A DNA stretch of 64,000 nucleotides from positions 75,082,001-75,146,000 of the forward strand of contig OX597814.1 in assembly GCA_951406725.2 (NCBI GenBank), read 5' to 3'. The DNA is from Octopus vulgaris. Lineage: Eukaryota. This document shows, piece by piece, positions 52,601 to 64,000 of the stretch (within the stretch, counting starts at the first letter, position 1; every line of letters begins with the position of its first letter). Both the position numbers and the translations under genes were made by a program. The notes under the pieces were generated by a model. The model searched no databases, was not told the DNA's origin, and worked only from the letters and a program-made list of their open reading frames with translations.

Positions 52601-54000
52601 CAAATTTACAGAAAACAAAAGATGAAGACAGGTGTAGGAACAGCAAGGTGGTGTATTAGTTTAACACTTGGGAAAAATGGAAAAGTCTTTTATATTTTCA
52701 GCCTATGCTCTTCAACGGAAAGGATTAAGAGGAAAAAAATGAAGAGAGAATGAAAAACATAGAAAAAAAAGTAGAGTTCATCAGTACAACATGGCGAGTT
52801 TTGCCCACTAGTGCCTTCTATCACAAAACATTGCTTTAAGTAGCAGGTTACATTATATTACAGTGTGTGTATGTGTGTGTGTAACACAAGCAAAATTCTG
52901 CATTCTTAGGAATGTATTCATTCATACTACCAAACTGGCAACCATTTAGTTTAATAGGAATGGAGATTTTTTATGTGGGAAGAATACAAGGAAAATAAAT
53001 TTTGTGAGCAATACATAGCAACTCAATGAGAAATATGAAATATTTAGAAATTGCATTAACAGGATTATAAAATAACAGAGGAATAAACAAAAGCAAATGA
53101 GAAAAAAGTATGAAGATTTTAACTTTATACTAAATGAAATAAACATTTGGAGAGCAATCCCTTAGCCTTGTTTTACATGTAAATGCTTGAGCCTTTCCAA
53201 TACAAACAACAAAAAAGTGTCAACTGAAAAAATTTTCAAAAATATTTAATGTTTTGAGAGGTTTCCACACTGTGTAAGGTTTCTATCCTATGCAATTACA
53301 TACTGTATTTGTAATCTATTTTATTTCAGTTGTGCAATAATATTATCATATTACCAATACAATTTTCCTGGGTTTGTTTTTGAATTCCTGGGATTTTTTT
53401 GTTGGTTGAGTTACTTCTGTAAATATTTACCAACAAATACTTCTCAACTTTTCAGTTATTGCTACTTAAAGTAATGTACTTCTTGCTCTCGAACTTTTGG
53501 CAATCTTTGATCAGAGGAGGCACTTTCAATTGAAAGACAACAAATTTATAATGAACTATTACTAAAAGTTTCGAAATATGATTTTAAAAGATATAAAATC
53601 ACTCTTCAAACTTCACAACGGAAATCCACAACTTATGAAGAATAATAGTAATTATAAGAGTGACTTTCAAAGAAGACATTCTGTAGATAATAGAAAACAA
53701 GAGGTGTATTGGTAGTCACTATATTTAAAGGAAACAAAAGTCTATCCTGCTTTATCATTAACTGCTTATCTATGTTTTTAAAACTAGCCGTTGACTTTAG
53801 AACTGCTTATCCAGTGACCAAGCCAATGCAAAATAATCATGCATGATGGCACATATATGAAATCTACCATATTCACAGCATATGTATTTTACTTTTTCTC
53901 TATGCAATGACCCCCAAAATATTTGAGGAAATGACACACAAAATTATCTATGGAAATTATGAGAAACGGCTTCAAATATTTAGAAAAATTTGTACATTAC

Positions 54001-54181
54001 CAGGATTTATTTTATAGAAAAATTCTTTGTATTCATCCATCCAAACTTCTACAATTCGCATTGTATTGTGGTTAATAATACGTGCTACACCACCAGGCCA
54101 AGAATAAGGTGAGGTCTTCCTGAATACATGTCCAACTCTGGAGCAAGTGACAATAAATATTTGCCCACCACACATCCAAAT
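54001..54181 (-). CDS. GALNT1: GALNT exon, catalytic domain
   Basis: 181 bp, tttttag|ATT...CCT G|gtaatg; [60 protein letters not shown]; contains the GHVFR motif; phase fits both neighbours. Confidence 0.96.
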
Positions 54182-54542
54182 CTAAAAAGAATGCAAGAAA
54201 TTTAAGTTCAAATTATATCACAAAAGAATAGAACAGTTGACAATTAAATAACGACCCCTCAGCAAGCTTGTAGATATTCTGATAATTCTTCTTCTCATTG
54301 ACACAATATTGACTTAATTGCAGTGTGTGAGAAACAACAGCATACAAAGCTATAAGGGAGGAGAGGAGTGATACTGATAAAATTAATGCGAAATTAGGAA
54401 ATTACATAACAAAAGTCTGATGGGGAGAGATTCCCATGCATTATTGATATCTAGATGGAGTACAATGTAGTGTTTGGTTCATAGTTTAATTAAGTAGAGA
54501 ATTAGAAAAAAGCCCTAGTTTATGAAGAGTCAAGGCTATGAC

Positions 54543-55983
54543 ATCATCATCATCGTTTAATGTTTGCTGTCCATGCTGGCATGGGTTGGACGGTTTGGCT
54601 GAGGACTGGCAAGCTAGGAGGCTGCACAAGGCTCCAATCTGATCTGGCAAGGTTTCTACAGCTGGATGCCCTTCCTAATGCCAACCACTCTGAGAGTGTA
54701 GTGGGTGCCTTTTATGTGCCTCTGGCACTAGCAACAACCATGCTTAAATGGTGCTTTTTACATGCCACTGGCACGAGGCCAGTCAGGTGGCAATGGCATT
54801 GACCACATTCATATGGTGCTTTTTACGTGTCACCGGCATGGGAACCAGTCTGGTGGGACTGGCATTGACTATGCTCAAATGGTGCTTTTTATGTGCCACT
54901 GGCACATGTGTCAGTCAGGCAGTACTGGCATCAGCCATGACAATGATTTCACTTGACTCAACAGATCTTCTCAAGCACAGTTTATTGTCCAGTAATTGAA
55001 GGATACTCTTAAATGGGCCTGTTATGCGACACTGGCATATGCTGCAGTTATGGTCTCACTTGGCTTGCAGATTCTTCTCAAGCACAACATATCTCCAAAG
55101 GCCTTGGTCGCTTGTCATTGCCTCTGTGAGGCATGATGTTCGAAGGTGATGCTTCACCACCTCATCCCAGGTCTTCCTGGGTCTACCACTTCCAGAGGTT
55201 CCCTCCATTGTTAGGGTGTAACACTTTTTCACACAGCTGTCCTCATCCATATAAAACACCTGACCATAGCAGAGCAGTTGTCTCTCTTGTGCACCACACC
55301 TGAAGCTTCTTATGTCCAACATTTCTCTCAGGGCACTTACACTCTGTCGTGTATGTCCACTAACATTACACATCCAGCGGAGCATACTAGCTTCATTTCT
55401 TGCATGCATGTCCTCAGCAGCCACAGTCCATGTTTCACTGCTGTGTAATATGGTAGTTCACATACATGCATCATATAATCTACCTTTCACTCTGAGCAAG
55501 AGGCCCTTTGTCACCAGCAAAGGCAGGAGCTCTCTGAACATTGCCCAGGCTATTTTTATTCTAGCAGCTATGGTTGAGGACTGATCCTTGGTGGATCCCT
55601 ACCCAGAATTCTTCACTATACTCATTGGCAACCCTCACCTTATTGACAGCATCCCTGTACAGCTCTCACTAACCATCTATCCCTAGTTTCCACATTGACC
55701 ACCAGATAAGGGATCGAGGGACTCTGTCAAAGGCTTTCTCCTTGTCAACAAAAGCCAAGTATAGAGATTTATCTTTGGCTAGGTATTTCACTTGCAGCTG
55801 TCTTACCAGAAATATAATATCAGTGATGCTTCTCCCTGGTACAAACCGAAACTGCATCTCGTATAAATTAACTCGCTCTACAATTAGTTGGGCTATGACC
55901 ATCTCAGTGACTTTCATCACCTGATCCAACAATTTGATACCTCTTTAATTATTCGTAGCTAATGCATCACCTTTACCTTTGTA
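54543..55983 (-). mobile_element. RTE-clade LINE, truncated, with an internal deletion of ~0.5 kb near 55572
   Basis: Colinear with 60657-62720 except a jump from HQGSVL to AARIKIAW; (GAT)n tail. Confidence 0.92.
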
Positions 55984-56050
55984 TGACAGTTGTATTAGTT
56001 ATACATAAAAGTTGACAACCATAAATTCCAAAACTTTCAACACAGATATA

Positions 56051-56899
56051 ATGGGGGGGGGGTACCCAAAAGTAACCAGAAACATTCACTCTAAGACAAG
56101 CCCATTGTTGTTCAGGCTTCCACAACTAGAAGCCACTTCATGCAACCCTCAAGACATCAGTCTACTGACCGGCATTGTCCAGTAGGGTCATAATGCCATG
56201 TCGTGTGTCTTTGTTTTGCAGTGCTTCTCCCCTGTTCATTGATTTTTGCGATGGGTGAATTGAAGGAACAGAAGTTTTCTGTGAAATTCTGTTTTCTGCT
56301 GGGGAAAACGGCAGCCAAAACAGTTGTCATGTTCCAAACATATTACAATGATGCTGCCATGAGCAAAACACAAGGAATGATCACTTGTTGCTTGAAGACC
56401 AACCTTGTTCAGGGCAGCTGTCAACCTCCCGAATGCATGAAAACTCATGAACTGATCTTAGAGGACTGTCACTGAACAATTGACAAACTTGTTGATATGA
56501 CTGGTGTGTCCTAGAGCTTTTGCCAACGAATTTTGAGTGAGGAATTGTGAATGAAAAGAGTTGCAGCAAAATTTGTGTCTCGTTTGCTTATGGAAGATCA
56601 AAAGCATGTCGTGAACTGAAAGAACAGTTGGAAGCTGATCCGGACCCTTTTTGAAGGTCATCACTGGTGATGAAAGCTGGTGCTATGGAATTTGCAGAAG
56701 TGGAAGATATGAAGAAAAAAGTGGAGACATTAAATGGCATCACAAGAGTTTCCAGATTGCTTTGAACAGTGGGAAATGCATCTTGGATGATGTATTGCTT
56801 CAAATGGAAAATACTTTGAAAGCAATAAAAGTGTAAAGCTGTAAAACTAAGTGAATAAAATAATGCAAAATTCCAGCTACTTTTGGGTACTCCCTCATA
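56051..56899 (+). mobile_element. mariner relic, internally deleted
   Basis: TIRs ggggtacccaaaagta / tactttttgggtactccc; MGELKEQKFSVKFCFLLGKTAAKT (N-terminal HTH), KRVAAKFV, VITGDESWCY. Confidence 0.85.
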
Positions 56900-57659
56900 T
56901 TGTAAAATTTCTCACATGAAGTTGTTAGTGTTTTCTATAGGCTAGCAAAATATATTTTAAATTAATCAACAAGAAATAATTGTCTGGTTATCTGTAACTT
57001 TTTGTTTATATAACATATACTTGTATAGTACATTAATTTTTTAATTATGGATTTATCAGATGAAGAAGGACAGGTCCATGATACTTTCCAGGTTTTCAGG
57101 ACAAGAGAGTGTGCAGGTGGCTCTGAATTATCTCAATTTGTCATTTCACTTGTCCCCATATTTTTCTTATGAAACGCCACTGGTATATTACTCAGCAACA
57201 AGATTCTCTCATGACCCAGGATTAATACTGAAGTCTTTCATGAAGGCCTTAAGAATATTGTAGCATGTGCACTGCCCATCAACCAACTAGCTGTACAAGA
57301 GATGTTGAGAATGTTATTGTTATACATTATGCAATGTGACTGAACCAGTACAGCAAGGATTCACATAGGAATGTGTGGCTGTTGAGTAACACCATGTAAT
57401 TGAGGACCTCAATATCTAAAACCTTGTCTTGCTGACAATATACAGCAATTTGTGTTGCCACTTCATGAAGCCTTTGGCATGCCAGCTGTAAACAGTTCAT
57501 ATTTCACAGGCATACTGCAAAGTTGGCAGAACAATGGTTCTATAGATCCCTAACTTGGTTTAGAGGTTGAGAACTGTATTCATGAGTGCATGTTTATGAG
57601 TGCATGTAAGCATACAGATTCTATCAGTTACATGTTTTAACTGCTGAAATCTATGTAGC

Positions 57660-58506
57660 TATGAGGTCTGATCAATAAGTATCTGGACTGTTGCCATAGT
57701 AAGGAAGCTAAAGCACACAGAGTGAAGCTAATTCTGCCATGCATGCACATTAAGTATTAACATTCTAGCTTACTTCTGTTTACAGCAGTGTTTTAAAGGA
57801 TGGTATGTAGCATGATGTGGTCGTCGCATTGACCATGACAAAGAAAGTTATCATGGTGATACCTGCAAGGTAGCAGAAAGTGTATAGACAGGAGTGTATG
57901 AGTCACACACAAGTTTACAAGTGGTTCAGATGTTTCCAAGATGGCCAGAAAATATTGATACTGACAAACATTCTGGGAGACCCATAACCAGCAGAACTGA
58001 GGAAAACATTGCCGATGTGCATGCCGCTGTGAGGGGAAATCATTGAATCACCACCCATAGGTTGTCAGAGTATGTGCAGATCAGTTACGGTTCAGTTCAG
58101 TCCATAATCACTAAAGATTTGGATATGAGATGTGTGTCTGCCAAATTTGTACCAAAACTGCTTTCAGCTGACCAAGAAGACACCCAAGTTTCAATTGCAC
58201 AAGATCTCCTTGATTGTGTCAAGAAAGATGAAAACTTTTTGAAAACTTTGCATAGGACTCTGAGCAGGTATTGCCAAGCTTTGGCAAAATTTGATGCAGA
58301 TTCTCTGTTCATCTTTCGGTCATGGTCAATGCGATGATCACACACTACACATGTTCCTTCTAAGAAATACTGTAAACAGAAGTGAGCTAGGATGTTAAAA
58401 CTTAGTGCACATGCACAGTAGAGTTCAAGATCAATCTGTGCCAAGTGGCTTCACTCTGCATACTTTAGCTTTGTTACTATGGCAAGTCCAGATACTTATT
58501 GATCAT
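57660..58506 (+). mobile_element. Non-autonomous mariner derivative with long inverted ends
   Basis: tgatcaataagtatctggact / agtccagatacttattgatca; ISYGSVQSIITKDLDMRCVSAKFVPKLLS (WVPxxL-like linker). Confidence 0.85.
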
Positions 58507-59011
58507 ATATATTTAAAATTATTAACTGTTAAGTGCATTTTACTCTCAGTAACCAGTCACTCTTTTTAATTTACTAGCTGCTCTGTCTCTATGTTAGAAT
58601 ATCAGCTACATTACTACTGTTATACACAAACATCTTTGACTGTATCTAAAAAAAAAATCATCCAGCTGACTTGTAAAGACCCACCAATGCACTACAACTA
58701 CAAACTCACCTTTTCTATTGTTATTACGACAGCTGCTGCTTCTCTGACCTAGTACCTGACATAATGCACATGCTTTCCTTTCTCTTTTAAGCCATAATTA
58801 TCTGTCACACCACACAACCCCTACTCTAAATATTTTCTTGCAATCCTTCCCCTGCTGGATGCATCCTTCTAGAGTTCTCTTCATGTTCAAAACTGAAGTT
58901 TAGATTAAACACTGAGAAGGCTTGCAAAGGTAATGAGTGCTGCCTCTCTTCTGAATAAATGAGGAAAAAACACATCAACACATGATGACAAACAATACAT
59001 AGATCACTTAC

Positions 59012-59129
59012 TCGGAATGACATCTCCAAATTTTCACCACCCCAGATATCCATTCCTTCATCATAGGAACCAATTTCATAGAAATAGTCCCTTTCAATGG
59101 CAAACAGTCCACCTGCCATAGTTGGAGTC
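59012..59129 (-). CDS. GALNT1: GalNAc-transferase (GALNT1/13-like) exon, catalytic domain Gal/GalNAc-T motif; first exon visible in window
   Basis: 118-bp exon, tttattgcag|G...CGA|gtaagt; encodes (R)[39 protein letters not shown] with the WGGEN motif of GT27 enzymes. Confidence 0.96.
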
Positions 59130-59169
59130 CTGCAATAAATAAAAGAGAGGTAAATAGTGGTAACAAATC

Positions 59170-59510
59170 TCACTGTGGTAAGAAGTTTGCTTCCCAGCCA
59201 CATGGTTCCATGTACAATCTCAGTGCTTGGCACCTTCAGCTAATGTCTTCAACAATAGTCCTGGGCTGACAAAAGCCTTGTGAATGGATCTGATAGAATG
59301 AAAGTGTGTGTGGGTGTATGTCCTTGTGTTTGTTCCCTACCATCTCTTGACAATGAGTGTTGGTTTGTTTACATCTTTGTAACTTAGCAGTTTGGCATAA
59401 GACACCAATAGATTATGCACCACACTTAGAAATAAATACTAGGATTGCTTTATTGACTAAAAACCTTTCAAAGAGTTGTTTTAGCTTGGCCACAGTCAAG
59501 TTACTGAAAC
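59170..59510 (+). mobile_element. Decayed SINE (second family), ~40 bp from the exon acceptor
   Basis: Reverse-complement similarity to 34420-34782. Confidence 0.7.
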
Positions 59511-59567
59511 AGTTTGTGTGTGTGTGTATATTGATATATATTATATATTATATATATATGTGTGTGT

Positions 59568-59895
59568 GTGGAGCACTCCATCGGTTACAACAACGAGGGT
59601 CCCAGCTGAAACAATCAATGGAACAGCCTGCTCATGAAATTAACGTACATGTGATTGAGCAATCCACAGACATGTGTACCCTTAACATAGTTCTCAGGGA
59701 GATTCAGCGTGACACAGAGTGTGACAAAGCTGACCCTTTGAAATACAGGTACAACTCATTTTTGCCAGCTGAGTGGACTGGAGCAACATGAAATAAAGTG
59801 ACTTGCTCAGGGACACAACACGTCGCCGGGAATCAAACTCACGACCTTACAATCATGAGCCAAATGCCCTAACCACTATGACACATGCCTTCACA
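59568..59895 (-). mobile_element. tRNA-derived SINE sharing its 3' half with 16441-16826
   Basis: gcactccatcggttac...gaaatacaggtacaac shared, middle differs; tRNA-like head. Confidence 0.85.
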
Positions 59896-59896
59896 A

Positions 59897-60655
<759 letters not shown>

Positions 60656-60656
60656 T

Positions 60657-63600
60657 TCATCATCATCATTTAACGTCTGCTTTCCATGCTAGCATTGGTT
60701 GGACGATTTTGACTGAGGGCTGGTGAGCCAGATAGCTACATCAGGCTCCAATCTTGATCTGGCAGAGTTTCTACAGCTGGATACCCTTCCTAATGCCAAC
60801 CACTCCGAGAGTGTAATGGGTGCTTTTTACGTGCCACAGGGGCCAGTCAGACGGTACTGGCAATGACCTCCCTCAAATCTTTTTACACGTGCCAGTGAAG
60901 CGACATTGGTAATGATCATGCTCGAATGGTGCCCTTTTACGTGCCATGGGTACGGAAGCCAGTTGGCTGCTTTGGCAACGATCACGCTCGGATGGTGCTC
61001 TTGGCACCCTACAAGCACAGGCACAAGTGCCAGTAAAGCGACGCTGGTAACGATCATACCTGAATAGCTGCTCTGTCAACAATCACACTCGTATGGTGCT
61101 CTTTGCTCCCCGCTAGCACAGATGTCAGTCATCGAATTGATTTTGATTTTGATTTCACTTGCCTCAACAGGTCTTCGCAAGCAGAGTTTAGTGACCAAAG
61201 AAGGAAAAGGTATGCATAAGTGGGCTGGTTACACTCCTGGCATAGGCCACGGGTTATGGTCATATTTGGCTTGCCAGGTCTTCTCAAGCACAGCATATTT
61301 CCAAAAGTCTCGGTCGCTAGTCATTTCCTTGGTGAGGCTTAATATTCGAAGGTCGTGCTTCACCACTTCATCTCAGGTCTTCCTGGGTCTACCTCTTCCA
61401 CAGGTTCCCCCAACTGCTAGGGTGTGGCACTTTTTCATGCAGCTATCCTCATCCATTCTTGCCACATCACCATACCAGCGCAGTCATCTCTCTTGCACAC
61501 CACATCTAATGCTTCTTAGGTCCAACTTTTCTCTCAAGGTACTTACACTCTGTCGAGTATGCACACTGACATTACACATCCATTAGATCATACTGGCTTC
61601 ATTCCTTGCAAGCTTACGCATGTCCTCAGCAGTCACAGCCCCTATTTCACTGCCGTGTAGCATGGCTGTTTGTACACATGCATCAAACAGTTTACCTTTT
61701 ACTCTGAGTGAGAGGCCCTTTGTCACCAGCAGAGGTAAGAGCTCTCTGAACTTTGCCCAAGCTATTCTTATTCTAGCAGCTACACTTTCAGCGCACCCTC
61801 CTTTGCTACTGACTTGGTCACCTAGATAACGGAAGCTATCAACTACTTTTAGTTTTACTCCCTGGAATGTGGCGGAAGTTGGTCTCTGCGCATTTTCAGT
61901 GTTTATCGCTCCTGAGCATCTGCCACATACAAAAACTATCCTCCCAGTTAACCCTCCTTTGATATTACTGCACATCTTATATGTCCATAGCTTACACTGG
62001 GTACATCTTATAGAGTTTCTACCTACGCCTCTACTACAGATCAAGCCGGGCCATCTACCTGAAGGGATTTGTGGTTTGCTTGCCTTCCTACTTATGAGGA
62101 CTTTGGTTTTAGCTAGGTTGACTCTAAGGTCCTTCGATTCTAATCCTTGTTTCCACACTTGAAACTCTCCTCTAGTTCTGATAGTGACTCAGCAATTAGA
62201 GCAAAGTCTTCAGCATAGAGAAGCTCCCAGAGGCATCCTGACTGGAATTCCTCTATTATTGGCCGGAGGACTATGATAAATAGGAGGGTGCTGAGGACTG
62301 AACCCTGGTGGACCCCAACCTCTACCTTGAATTCTTCAGTGTACTCGTTGCCAACCCTTACCTTACTTACAGCGTCCCTGTACATGGCTTGCACAGCTCT
62401 CACTAACCATTCATCTATCCCTAGTTTCCTCACTGACCACCAGATGAGGGATTGGGGGACCCTGTCAAAGGCTTTCTCCATGTCAACGAAAGTCAGGTAC
62501 AGGGGCTTATCTTTGGCTAGGTATTTCTCCTGCAGCTGTCTTACCAGAAATATAGCATCAGTGGTGCTTTTCCCTGTTATGAAGCCAAACTGCATCTCAT
62601 CCAAGTTGACTCTCTCCCTAATCAGTTGGGCTATGACCCTCTCCGTAACCTTCATTACCTGATTCAACAGCTTGATACCTCTGTAATTATTTGTATCTAG
62701 GGCGTCACCTTTACCTTTGTAGCAGTTGACTATTATGCTGCTACACCAGTCATTGGGTATGACTCCTTCGTGTATCACCTGGTTAACTATATGGGTGACT
62801 AGGCTACAACCAGATATTTTGAGCATCTCTGCAGTAATTCCTGATGGGCCTGGGGCTTTCCCTGTCTTCATGCTTCTAATTGCCTTAACTACCAAGGAAC
62901 TGTCAACTCAGATAGCTGGTCCCTCTTTTGGGTCGACATTTGGCAGACTCTCTTTATCCCATTCATTTTCTTTATTCAGCAACCTTTCATAGTGGCGCCT
63001 CCAAACCTCTCTCTTTGCATCCTCATTTAGCGCAAGTGAACCATCATCCATGCGAACACATTTCTCTCCTACCACATCACGATTCTCTCTCACACACTGT
63101 CTTGCAACACAAAATACCTCAAGTCTTTGTTCCTCACGGCGCAGAACATTGGCAAATTTTCTTTTATCTGTTTCCCCTCTGGCTAAATAAACCTGCCTCC
63201 TAGCTTCCCTTCTGGCAGTCTGATACACTCCCCTGCTACCACCGCTCTTCCAAGCCTGTTTCTTTTGTCTAATAGTCTTGTCAACAACATTGTTCCACCA
63301 CCACATTATTTTGGGTTGAGAGGGGGCTTTGCACCATCCACAGAGCTGGTCGGTGGCCCTTAGCAGGTTGTCCCGTAGGAACCTCCAGTTGTCTTCTATA
63401 CCATGTGAAGCTATTTCCCCTTCTATTTCGTCAAAGGTTCCGAGTAATACGTCTCTAAATCTCTGTCTGTTAGCAAGATCTTTAAGTCTCCAGAACCTTC
63501 TTCTCCTTGCGGGTCGTTTTCTGGGCATCCATTTAGCACTGATCCTGAAGTCACTAACTACCAGTCAATGTTGTGGGGTTCATTCTTTGCCAGGGAAGGT

Positions 63601-63917
63601 TTTGGCACTTAGAAGCAGCCATTTCCCCCTTTTTCTGGTGAGGATGTAGTCAATCTGACTAGTGTGTCTGCCAGATCGGTAGGTGACTAGGTGGCTGGCA
63701 GGTTTTCTGAAGTTAGTATTGCAAACCATAAGATCATTTGCGTCACAGAACTCCAGCAGCCTGGCTCCCTCTTCATTGCAAGAGCCGAAACCGTAGCCTC
63801 CATATATGCCATGGAACCCCCCGACATGTTGTCCAACATGTCCATTGAAGTCACCAGCCACAAAGAGAAGGTTCCTGTCATTCATTAATGCGGTAGTCTG
63901 CAAGAGGGTGTCATAGA

Positions 63918-63920
<3 letters not shown>
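60657..63920 (-). mobile_element. RTE-clade LINE, 3.3 kb, 5'-truncated inside the AP endonuclease, frameshifted
   Basis: APE motifs AGDFNGHVG and SQIDYIL; RT motifs KAPGPSG, NYRGIKLL, FVDMEKAFDRV, GVHQGSVLS, LLYAED; (GAT)n tail; both ends abut TA-rich microsatellite. Confidence 0.95.
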
Positions 63921-63985
<65 letters not shown>

Positions 63986-64000
63986 TAACATATAATATAC

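Overview
AT-rich, repeat-dense animal genomic DNA. The SINE, RTE and microsatellite content suggests a cephalopod such as Octopus (inference). The window holds the 3' half of one minus-strand, intron-rich gene for a polypeptide N-acetylgalactosaminyltransferase (GALNT1/GALNT13/pgant5-like). I traced it by hand through GT-AG exons at 59012-59129, 54001-54181, 45879-46018, 45392-45490, 30998-31132 and/or 28209-28340, 18741-18819 and 15900-15958 (stop). The 5' exons lie beyond the right edge. The main observation is two paralogous phase 0-0 exons for the beta repeat of the ricin-type lectin domain: one canonical, one basic and lacking the usual sugar-binding residues. This points to a mutually exclusive splicing switch. 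Introns and flanks contain RTE, CR1 and R4-like LINE fragments, Tc1/mariner relics, Helitron pieces, several tRNA-derived SINE families (one as a ~14-copy tandem array), foldback elements, and Penelope-type minimal hammerhead-ribozyme motifs, one with an apparent compensatory G3-C8 core. Most ORFs in the supplied track are spurious or transposon-derived.
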